From: Camelus dromedarius
Lineage: Eukaryota
Assembly: GCF_036321535.1 (NCBI RefSeq)
Contig: NC_087453.1
Location: 40,734,001 to 40,798,000 of the forward strand
Length of the DNA: 64,000 nt
Direction of reading: 5' to 3'
The notes below the pieces were generated by a model, which was given only the letters and a program-made list of their open reading frames with translations, had not been told where the DNA came from and made no database searches. This document shows positions 11,255 to 21,540 of this stretch, piece after piece. A program made the translations under genes and the position numbers. The stretch's first letter is position 1. Each line of letters begins with the position of its first letter.

Positions 11255-11733
11255 TTCCTAAATCCAGAGTCCTTAGAATTGTCTACAAGGCTCTAGAGGA
11301 TCTGACCCTCCTTACCTCTCTGACATCATCTCCTTCTATCCTCTCCATTGCTCCCACCGTCCACTTTGCCAGATCTTCAATGCCTTTGCATTAGCATTCC
11401 CTCCGCCTGGAATTCTGTTCTTCCAGACACCTACAGGGTGTGTTCCCTCACCCACTTCAAATCCTTGCTCAAACATAACCTCAAGTGTTACCCTAACCAA
11501 CCTATTTTTAATTGCTTCTCTGCTTTATTTATATTTGCTTATCTGTAGCATCTAACCTTCAAGTACACCGTACCATTTACCTATTTATTTTGTTTATCAT
11601 CTGTCTGCCTTCAGGAATGAGCACAGAGATATTTCCTGCATCGTTTTCATTTGTTGTTGTATCCATACAGCTTAGAAAAATGTTTGACACATAATAGGGG
11701 TTCAAAAAATATTTGCTGAATGAATGAATAAAA
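11255..11733 (+). mobile_element. L2 LINE 3' end (L2a-like)
   Basis: GCCTGGAATTCTGTTCTTCCAGA...CAAATCCTTGCTCAAA..., ending ACATAATAGGGGTTCAAAAAATATTTGCTGAATGAATGAAT. Confidence 0.85.
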
Positions 11734-11739
11734 TCTAAC

Positions 11740-12150
11740 TCTGCTCCTCTCAAAAGCCTCCAGTGGGTTTTTCTTCAAACAGACTTGTTAGCCTGATTAT
11801 CTTTGGCTGTCCATGATTTACTGCCCTATCTTGAGCTACTTACAACCCTTTAAATGATCTGAATTGCTCAGAATGGCATGTCTGTACACGGGGTCGGTAT
11901 CGAGGGCTTTCTAGAAAACTCTGTCTTTACTCCTTTCTAACTTGTCTTCCAGACTCAGCTCAAATATCACTTCTGCCATAAGACAAGTCAGCTGAAAGTG
12001 CCTTCTCTTTCCTCAAAACCCAGAAGACTGCATGTTAACCTGCTGAGGGCACTTTTTACTTGCTACTTTTTATTGCTGTATATGCAAACCTTCCACCTTT
12101 CAGCAGTCCCTTGTGTATCATGGGTAGGAGAGAAATATCTATCAAATGAA
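11740..12150 (+). mobile_element. L2 LINE fragment
   Basis: CTCCTCTCAAAAGCCTCCAGTGG...AGACTCAGCTCAAATATCACTTC. Confidence 0.55.
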
Positions 12151-12779
12151 TTGATTGTTAAAGGTGGTAGTCTGGTTGATAATTGGTGGTGGTGTTGGGG
12201 AGATGTAAAAAAAAATTCCTGATAGTCCTACAAATTGATGAAATCAGTGTTAGTTACCCATGTGTTCTTTAAATTATATTGTAACATCTAATCCCAAAGT
12301 CTCTTGTCTAAGAAATTTACCCTTAATGGACCTTCTCCTAAAGGTGAACAAATAAAAATAAAGAAACCATATCAACTTAATGATTTTCAGCATAGCTCAC
12401 ACATCTATTCTATTTCTAGAAAATGCTTCACTTTTAGGCTTTAGGGCTGAATAATCATCAAAGATAAGTGGGAAAAATGTTAAACTTACGTATATAAAAT
12501 GGTGGAATCTGTTTCTTTTATTCCTTATATTTAATCTTTGTGAGACATCAAAGGGTAACCTTAGCGTCCAACTCACAGTTTTTCATTAATCATTTGAAAG
12601 GAAGCTTTAGGGTGAGAAAACATAGCATAGCATTTGTGAATATCCTATAATGGTGAGGATCAGAAGCCTTATTCCCAGGTGCAGTGATAATCAAATGATA
12701 GTAGCTTGAAAGATACTGTTGAAAATAATTAGTACTTCTCTTATGCCCTTCATCAAGAAATCATAGTACTTGGAGACAT

Positions 12780-12945
12780 TAGCTCATTAGCCCTTTTGAA
12801 ATTTCCATGAGGAAGTGACATGACAAGTAAAATTTTCTTCTAACCCCAAGAAAAATTCGGGCACAGAGAGGTTAAATCTGTTGCTCCCGGTAGCAAACTA
12901 AGTCCACAGTAGAGACATGGCAGGGACCAAGTGTTCCTGAGCTAG
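12780..12945 (-). mobile_element. MIR SINE
   Basis: GGGCACAGAGAGGTTAAAT..TTGCTC core. Confidence 0.5.
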
Positions 12946-12959
12946 GGACAGAGTCTGTG

Positions 12960-13152
12960 ACAAGCACTGGCCAGAGCTCCTGCCTGTTTTTGTAAATAAA
13001 ATTTTATCAGAACGTGGCCACACCCATTTATTTACGTTTTGACTATGGCTGCTTTCCTGGGACAGAGCTGAGCAGTTGCCACCAGGACTGTGTGGCCATG
13101 AAGCCTGAAATATTTACTGTCTGTCCCTTTGCCGAAGAAGTTTGCCAACAAC
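12960..13152 (-). mobile_element. MER58A hAT-Charlie DNA transposon
   Basis: CCTGCCTGTTTTTGTAAATAAAATTTTAT...GGCCATGAAGCCTGAAATATTTACTGTCTGTCCCTTT...AAGTTTGCC. Confidence 0.88.
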
Positions 13153-14038
13153 TCATCAATGGCAATCCCTACCTTTTATAAGAGAGGAAGCTAAGATTCA
13201 GCGAGGTTAAATATTTCTTGAGTTTCATTGGAGGTACGTGACTTACCCAGAGCGCTGTTGACAACGTGAGACTGAAATACCCTCTGTCTCTTTCTTGGGA
13301 CAGCCCTTCCTTCTGTTGCCTCAATGGGACGTCACTTTGGGAGGACGATCTGAAGCCTTTTAAATCTTTCAAATTACAGGACCGCCTTAAGAAAAAAAAA
13401 AAAAATGCCTGAAAAGAAAATGGGCATTTTTCTCAATAGGGCCAGGGCTGGAAAGTGAGTAAGTCATGTCTCTGAAGGGAGAGTGAGTTCAAGCCACCAG
13501 AGCACTAGGAAGTCCATCCTTCTTCCCGGCTTCCTTCAGTGGTATTAGTTAATGTGCCGAAAGGGAGCTTGCAGTCCTGAGGAAATTCAGTTTCTAGAGT
13601 AGGTAACTCTTAAGATGGTTCTGAGTTAGTCCTCTGTGAAACATGACCTGATTTCCACCATCATGGCTCCCCAGCAGGTGTCTGATTGTGGAGAGGGTGC
13701 ACTGCCAACAGTCAGATTGCCAGTCTTTGATGGAGACCCGAGGGCCCTCATGAGTCCCTTCCATAATTAAATGATTTACATTACAGAAAGAGAAAAATGG
13801 CTTTTGAAGAACATAAAATCATCTTCCTTCCTGAAGAGATGGGGATGTTCCTCCTAAAATCGATTCTGATTGGCTTATTTTCCTTAAGTGCTTTAGAAAT
13901 TTAATTTCTATTTGAATTTATTTCTTCCTAATTCCCACCCCTTTCATTTATATTAAGCAGTTTTGTATGGTGTGTCCCCTGAATGACCCTCATGATGACT
14001 GTGGGCGTGAGAAGGACGGAAGGACTGCCAAACCCAGG

Positions 14039-14150
14039 CAGAGGTTCTCAGACTGTGCTCCCCGCCCAGAGCAGCAGCAGCGACACCCCCTGGGAACAGG
14101 TCAGGGAGGCAAACTCCTGTGCCCCAGACCTACTGAAGCAGAAACTCTGT
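14039..14150 (+). mobile_element. MER5A hAT-Charlie fragment
   Basis: CAGAGGTTCTCAGACTGTGCTCCCC...CCCCAGACCTACTGAAGCAGAAACTCTG. Confidence 0.75.
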
Positions 14151-15090
14151 GGTTCAAACATTTAAGTGTGACAGCCATGACCTAGACGGTGGTGCAATTC
14201 AGGGCAGAGCCCTGGCCTTTTGATTCCTTGCCCTGCAGACAACACAGGCATCCTTTTGGGTCACAGACTTTCTTTGAAGAGAACTTCGACATGATCTTCT
14301 TTTCCTTTGTGGCATTTTCACAGTTAGTGATGGCCTCTGTATTTGTCCATTTACATGTTTGTTGCCTGCCTTCTCAAACAGGGTAACAGGAGTCACAAGG
14401 AGAGCAGATGTCATATCAATCTCAAGGACCCCAAGGATCCTTGGCCTCTGACATAATACCCAGTACAGAGCTGGAGTCTTGTATTTACAGGAGGAATTAA
14501 TGAACGCATTGTCTCTGTCATAGGCATAGCTGCACTGACAGAAACCAACTCAAGATAAGCCTACGTGATTCCAGAAATCTACAGAGCGAGTAGTGCTGCT
14601 TCTCACAGCATCTCTGTCACCCTGTCGCCAAACATGCCACTTGCTCAAAGCACAGGGGGCATGATTTGCTTAATTTGCCCACCTGGTACACATGTAGCCT
14701 ACACTTAGATTATGTTCTTTCATTTTCTCTGTTTTATTTGACTCATTTCCATCACAGATTCCATCCCCGAGTGGCTTTCTAAAGAAATGACTAAAAGATT
14801 CTAAAAGTAAAAAGTTGCTTTTAAAAATATTTACATTTTGGAAGCAACTAGTATTTGCATTGTTGTATTAGTGGGCTGAGTGTAGGATAAATGCTGGTAC
14901 TTGGGTTGCACTATTTGACATTTTAGCAGGTCTTCAGAGGACATTGTCTATACCTTCTTTTTCCTATGTGATCAATAGGAAATAACAGTGTAAATCAATT
15001 CTGAGCAATAATGTAAATGGGCTCTCGAAGGCAATTCCTGCTGTGAAATAAGTAGTTAGCTGTGACACTGGCATTAACCGCAGTGGGGGT

Positions 15091-15238
15091 NNNNNNNNNN
15101 NNNNNNNNNNNNNNNNNNNNNNNNNNNNNNNNNNNNNNNNNNNNNNNNNNNNNNNNNNNNNNNNNNNNNNNNNNNNNNNNNNNNNNNNNNNNNNNNNNNN
15201 NNNNNNNNNNNNNNNNNNNNNNNNNNNNNNNNNNNNNN
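15091..15238. other. Assembly gap (148 N)
   Basis: Run of N. Confidence 1.
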
Positions 15239-15824
15239 ATTTAGGATGCTTTGAGGTCAGGCCCAAGCAAACAGGAAAGGTTAATCTCAGAGCCACGGCA
15301 GTTAATGTGCAGAAACTGCAGAATACACTTATTCAAATAAGTAGTGGATACTGAGTTAAATGAAGATTTTTCCAACAGTGCTAAAATGTTCCTTGAGCTA
15401 TTACTAACATCTATGATTTGAGTAGAAAGTGGGCAGCACAGAATAATTTGTAAACTTATTAACTATTCTTACAAATTATCACTAATCCCAAAGACTAAAT
15501 ATAAGACCAATTCATGGCTTGATTAGAGGTATTTCCAGCTGAAAATCTTGATGAAGCCAAGGTCTGCATTATAGAATAAAGATTGATTCTGGGTCAAGGA
15601 CACTAAATGTCAAGGTAGAAGGTCTGAGGAGAAGTTCTGAGTCCAGGATATCTTAATTGCTTGGTAAAGCCTTCTGAGCCTGGGATTCCTCATCCATGAT
15701 TATCTGGGAGTGGTAAGATCTACCTTAGGTAAGTTTGTTAAGCATACACAGAACCACTTTCTAACAGAGTGAGACACATAGATATGAGACTCTTTTATTA
15801 CTTATAAAATACCACACCTCACTT

Positions 15825-16150
15825 ACTTATGGAACCAATGTTTATTGAATGCATCCTTTGAGCTGGAGTGCTCTTTGAGAGTGTAGAAAACCACAGTGAA
15901 GAAGATAGCCAAGGTTCCAGTCCTCTTCGATCCTAGATACTACCAGAGAAAGGCAGAAAATAAACCCATTCACATGAATGCAAATACTCTCAGATGATGA
16001 TAAGGACTATGAGAGAAATAAAGTTCCAATGGACAGTGAAGGGAGGGTCTACTTTTCCCATGGAGGTCAGGGAAGGCTTCCTGGAGGAGGTGATACTTGA
16101 GCTGATTGCCACATTGCTATCTGGGGAGAAAGTCATGGCAGGCAGAGTGA
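15825..16150 (-). mobile_element. L2 LINE fragment
   Basis: TTTATTGAATGCA...GGAGGTCAGGGAAGGCTTCCTGGAGGAGGTGATACTTGAGCTGA. Confidence 0.75.
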
Positions 16151-16354
16151 AAGGGCTTTACCACTGAGTTAAAATAAATCACCTTGCCTGATGTGTGAAG
16201 TGAGACAGTCTATGAATTTTTTCAATTGTTCTTCCTTGCTCCAAATATTCTATTACAGTTCTGACATATGTGCAGTTTTAATTTTAGTCTAGTTTTTGGG
16301 GGTAATAGAGCTGCTGCTGCTGGAGCTGAAGGGAATTTTAAAGCTCACCTAATC

Positions 16355-16490
16355 AGACCTCCTTCTTTTACAGTGAACGAAACTGAGACCCCAAAAGATG
16401 GTTTAATTTTTCCCAGGCCGTGTGCTAAGGGACAGAGGCCAGGGGAGCCTGGGTGTGTTGACTCACAGTATAGAGCTCTAGAAGGAGGAC
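16355..16490 (-). mobile_element. MIR SINE
   Basis: TTTTACAGTGAACGAAACTGAGACCC core. Confidence 0.55.
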
Positions 16491-16875
16491 TAACATGCAC
16501 TGCCTCTCCCAGTCTGCGTGATCATACTCACTCCCCTGTGGGCGTATTGCGAGAATTTAATCTGCTGTTCAGTGAGATGATGTACGTGAACATATTTTTG
16601 AAATACTGATTTCTTCACTCTGTTATTACTGGTCATTTTAGATGAGTTATATGTAAATTTCACATGCCACCATGAGCTCTGCTAGTAACATTTACGACAG
16701 TAATCCACTTGAACATACACAGCAGTGACTGGTGTCTGAGAGGACGTGGGAGTCGTAGATAGGAATTAAGTCCTGTACCACCCTCAAGACTCAGACATTT
16801 GCTCCTGCTTCATCCCAGTATCACATCCTCCTAGAAACTCTTCCAGAGTTCTTTTGAGAAACTTTAGATGGCAAC

Positions 16876-17819
16876 TGTATTGATCGTAAAGATATGGCCA
16901 CAGATTCTTTGGTATTTCTTTCCAGGATAGGTAGAGTTTAATTCTCCTCCCTTCACGTGGACTGGACTTAATGACGCTGTAGGTGAGTAGAATGTGTCAG
17001 AATATTGGGAGTTTCTTAGATTAGGTTACAAAAAGACTGGCTTCCATCTTCCATGCCCTCTCTCAAATTAGTCTGTATTAGTTTCCAAGGGCTGCTGTAA
17101 CAAATTTCCAGGAATTTGATGGCTTCAAACAGTAACTGATTCTCTCACACTTCTGGAGACCAGAGGTCTAAAATCATGATGTCAGCAGGACTCCTCTCCT
17201 TCTAGATCTCCAGGGGAAATGCTATCCTTGCCTCTTCCAGCTTCTGGTTATGGCAACATAACCCTCATCTTTGCTTTCGTCTTCACATGACCATCTTCCC
17301 TGGATATCACTGTATTTGTTCTCCTTTCATGCTAAGGACACGTGTCATTGGATTGAGGGTCCACCCTAATCCAGGATCATCTCAAGATCAAAGAGATCCT
17401 TATCTTGGTTATCTCTGTAAAGACCCAAACAATTTCACATTCACAGGTTCTGGGGCTCAGGACATGGACATATCTTTTTGGGTCACTGTTCAACCCACTA
17501 TACACTCTCTGGGTTAAGTCAGCACCCATGTCATGAGGTGGCCCTGAGAAGAGGAAAACCAGCTACCATGTTATGAGGGAGCTCAGACAGCCTCTGAAGA
17601 GGCCCACATGTCAAGGAACTAGGGAGCCTGGGAGAACACTGTCTGGCCCCATTAAAGCTTTCACATGTCTACAGCTGGGACTGACAGCTTGACTGCAGCA
17701 TCATGAAAGACCTTGAGAATTAAGCTGTCCTCGAATTCTGACCTAGAGAAACTGAGATAATAAATGTTTGTTATTTTAAGTTTGGGGTATTTATTACACA
17801 GCAGTAGGTAACCAATACA
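16876..17819 (+). mobile_element. MaLR LTR (MLT1F/G-like), split by a nested MLT1 insertion
   Basis: Starts TG...AAAGATATGGCCACAGATTCTTTG; ends GAGATAATAAATGTTTGTTATTTTAAG...CAGCAGTAGGTAACCAATACA. Confidence 0.8.
17074..17504 (-). mobile_element. MaLR LTR (MLT1C-like), nested
   Basis: TGTATTAGTTTCCAAGGGCTGCTGTAACAAA...GGACATATCTTTTTGGG..CTGTTCAACCCACTATACA; both ends present. Confidence 0.85.
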
Positions 17820-20800
17820 GCAACTATGGCCATGAACTATGTTATAGTAGGGTGAGGAGCCCACCAGCAGAGTGGTTGGAGTGTAATCACATTTTCTGAG
17901 CACATGACCTGCCAGGCTGAGGGACAGGCCCTAAATGCAAGGGGAAAGCAAAATAGAATTTGGGGTAATGTTATACTTCATCAGTGATCTTAAAAGCAAG
18001 AAATACAACCATAACCCTTCACCACACCTCTGTCACAGACAGCATACTAAAATGGGAAAAATGGTTATGGATGGAAACATCTGTCATTTTCATATTAAAA
18101 AAAAAGATTAAGGTCAAAAAGAACCTAAAGTCCAGCTTAGTAAAGAAGAATTGGGGGAAAGGCATAAAATTAAGTGTTAATATTTACCTGATATTCTTTA
18201 AATTCTTTGCACTTGCTGTTCACATGCTTTTTACTGATAGGAATTGCCATTTTCATTTTGAGGAGAAAAATTAATTCTGCTTCTATCCTGTCTTAGTGCT
18301 GTTAGCTAAGTGAGGCCGAGGCGGCTTCCTGTTTACATCTGTAGCTATGGCCCTCTAAATGTTTGCTGGACTGGGTTGCGTGCTTCCCATTAGCACCTTC
18401 ATTTTTCAGAGCCACCCAGAGTTTGTTCCATTTCTAATCATGCACTATCTGTGAAATCCCTATGATTTCCTAAGGCCTTCTGAAGCTTTCCTTCCCCTAC
18501 TTGTGACATTTTGAGGAAAGGTTTACTCCCCCTCTGTGTTTATTCTGCTTAGTGGAGATCATCAGAGACAACCTGAACTGTATTTTTGCAAATTCTCCTT
18601 CAAGTTCTGTCTGTTTGGCATTTAGAGTTCAGTGACCCATTTGAAGGTACACGGAGGACAAAGGGCAGTCTTAGAAATCCCTTCTGTTTACAGACACTCA
18701 GCTTTTAATTTTCTCCATCGTGACATGTGATGCTGAACTATTGTACTTCCTCACCTGGCCAGGTGACTTTGTTCCTGTTTTAGGGTCACTCCTGTACTTG
18801 GGTGTGTCATATGCACATGCATATAAACATTCATGAACATATACATGTGCGTGTACATGTAATTTTTCATGCGCTCCATTGAAGTATATTCTTATTATGA
18901 TGAGCACAGACATCCTTCTGCATTATAATATGTTTTATGAGTATAGAATTCAAGGGTTTGTTTGTTCATTTGTTTGTTTTGCTTTTTTTGTTTGTTTTTG
19001 GAGCTGTTTGAGAAGGCATTCTGGGACATTCTGGGAGAGTTTGGGGGTGGCTTGATGGAACTGGGATGGAGGACATTAGGGATCCCCTGGGAAAAATGCC
19101 AAGAGGCATCCTGGAGGGGCAGGTAGAGGAAACCTCACTGCTGCGCTGGATGAGCTGGCAGGACTGGGCTTTCCTCCTCTGTGTGTCCAGGACACGTCTT
19201 ACTGTCATACAATTAAGGAAAGTTATCTTGGTTACCTTCCTCCTAGTCATACCCACTACTGAGTTGTTGGGTGGATGCAAAGAATGGTGAGGCTGAGAAA
19301 ACTTGCATCAGAGTGTGTCCGTCAAAAATGGTCAGGGCTGCTCCATACGTAGAATACTGCATAGTTATGAGACCAAACCATATAGCTGTGCCCATAGAGG
19401 GAGGCAAAATTCAAAAAAGAGTTGATATTTCAGACATTCCCTTATATTCTCCACTGTCTGTCTGCAATAGCGGCATTTCTTCATCTACCAAAGTAACTGG
19501 TTGTCATGGTCACCAAACCTGTTACCTAAAACATATTAATATCACACTCCAAGCACCATCCTATTGTTTATGCCTATTTGGAGAATAACCATCACCCTAG
19601 CTTTTTTCCTCTTATTTTCGTTGTTCTCTTACCACTCCATTCAGAACTCATGGGGTCAGTATTTCAAAACTCGTATGGGAGGTACTTCTATTTAGTGCTC
19701 ATCATGGTACATGAACAAGTTTTTATTCATCACCATCCTTGTGGATATACATTTGGGGACAATGGAGCTTTCAGTAAAAGTCTGACAACTGCAATATTTT
19801 AGAGATGGGAAAAACTCTAGAAATCACTCTTTTGGCAACTGGAACCAGTCTCTCCCATTAAGACCTAGGCAAGGGTTACTATCCTGTATGCCTTGCATCT
19901 GACAGTCTGTCTGGTACATGCTAGGGAGTGATGAGTGTTCCATTCATTCAGCAAACACTGATCGGTTCCTAGAATGTGTACCAGGTGCTTGGCTTGTCTT
20001 TTGGAAAAGAATGATGTGCAAAACAGACAGGGCCCTTGCCCTTGCCCTTGTGGAATTGAGCTGAGTTGAAGTAAATCAAGTAACTTGCCCACAATCACAC
20101 AGATTTAAGTGATAAACCCTTGTAAGGAGTCCAGATAGTCAGTTTCTCCACCTGTGGTCCTTCCTTCTTTCTTGTGGGGATTTTATTTGGGGCCTCTTAC
20201 AGAGAAAAAAAGATCTGGTGCTGTTGGCCTATTTTCCCCATGTTTCCTTGGGGTTTTCCTATGCAGTGGCCAGTGGACATCGGCAGTGGACTCTGACACA
20301 TTCGTACCCTGGGAGGGATGGAGGGACACAGGACCCCTCTCTCCATCTGGTACAGTAAATGCCTCTGAAAAACCTGATTCTAACTTGGCATCAGGGGTAC
20401 AGGCCTTTCTTAACTTGGATCTGGTATAATAGCTGCCTGACATTTTCGAAGGATACAGGGAACATATTCCTGTAATCCCCATGAAAGAGTTTGATATCTC
20501 ACATTATTTAAGAGTAAGGCAGCCAGTGACTTGTAAACATTTTTTCCAATAATTAATTGTGATTTGATATCCGTATGTTTCAGGGAAAAAAAAGTATTTT
20601 GAATCTCTAGACCCTAAATCAGAATGTCCAACATGCATTGATATAGAATATGGAAGTGAATTAAATGGACAGATTCATTACCTATGGTTTCATTCTATTT
20701 ATTTTTTATAGGTACCTTTAAAAAATAAGATTGACACATATCTGTCAAAGCATCTGTACCAAGTTATGTTTCCCAGACATAAAACACATGGGTGGAGTTT

Positions 20801-20861
20801 GGGAATCCTTGCCTTTTTGTTTTGGCCTTTCTGCTGTTTTGTTTATTTTTCTTCTTCTTCT

Positions 20862-20862
<1 letters not shown>

Positions 20863-20892
<30 letters not shown>
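20863..20892. repeat. T30 homopolymer preceded by (CTT)n
   Basis: Direct read. Confidence 0.95.
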
Positions 20893-21069
20893 CCCTTAGT
20901 GCTTTGTAACTGCCTCTCAGATTTTTGTTGAACTGTTTGATTGATTTGTGGCATAGTCCATTTTAAAGATAGAATTTGGAACTTCCTGAAGTCAGAATAA
21001 ATCCATAAGAAGTATTTAAATGGCTGTCCTTTCTGTCTTGAACTTTCTTTCTGTTGATATCCACATCCC

Positions 21070-21275
21070 ATAAAATGGTTAAGAACACGGGCTTTGAAGC
21101 CCAATGTTCTGGGCTCAGATTCAGGCTCTGGATTTAGGCAGGTTGTGAAACCTCTTTGTGCCTTCACGATGCCACCTGGAAATGGGAATAAGGATAGCGC
21201 TGCTGTCACAAAGACGCTGAGGGTTATGAACCATTGTCTCTGCAGCGCTCGGAGCACTGCCTGCCTCCATGTAAC
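21070..21275 (+). mobile_element. MIR SINE
   Basis: ATGGTTAAGAACACGGGCTTTGAAGCC...AAACCTCTTTGTGCCTT...AAATGGGAATAA. Confidence 0.75.
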
Positions 21276-21289
21276 CGTTGTATAAAGTC

Positions 21290-21540
21290 AGCTGTTTTTC
21301 CCTGAGGTCATCCCACCACCGTAACTGAAATGTCACCCCCCCACTCTGTTCTCTTGCCCTGCTTTACTTGACTTCACAGCTCAGATCATCATCTGACATT
21401 ATTTTATGTATTTACTCGCTTATTTGTTGGATGTTTGTCTCTTCCACTAGAAAGTAATCTTCACGAAAGCAGAGATTTTGTTAACTCCTGTGTCTTCTTG
21501 TCCTAGGAAGTCTTCAAAGCCATTTATGAATGAAAAATGC
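21290..21540 (+). mobile_element. L2 LINE 3' end
   Basis: TGTCTCTTCCACTAGAAAGTAATCTTCACGAAAGCAGAGATTTTG...ATTTATGAATGAA. Confidence 0.7.

Noticed and set aside
14964-15296. ORFs containing X runs (also 35995-36297)
   Set aside because: Artefacts of translating assembly gaps.
20745-21257. 170-aa minus-strand ORF with poly-Lys
   Set aside because: Runs through a MIR and the T30 tract; poly-K is a homopolymer artefact.
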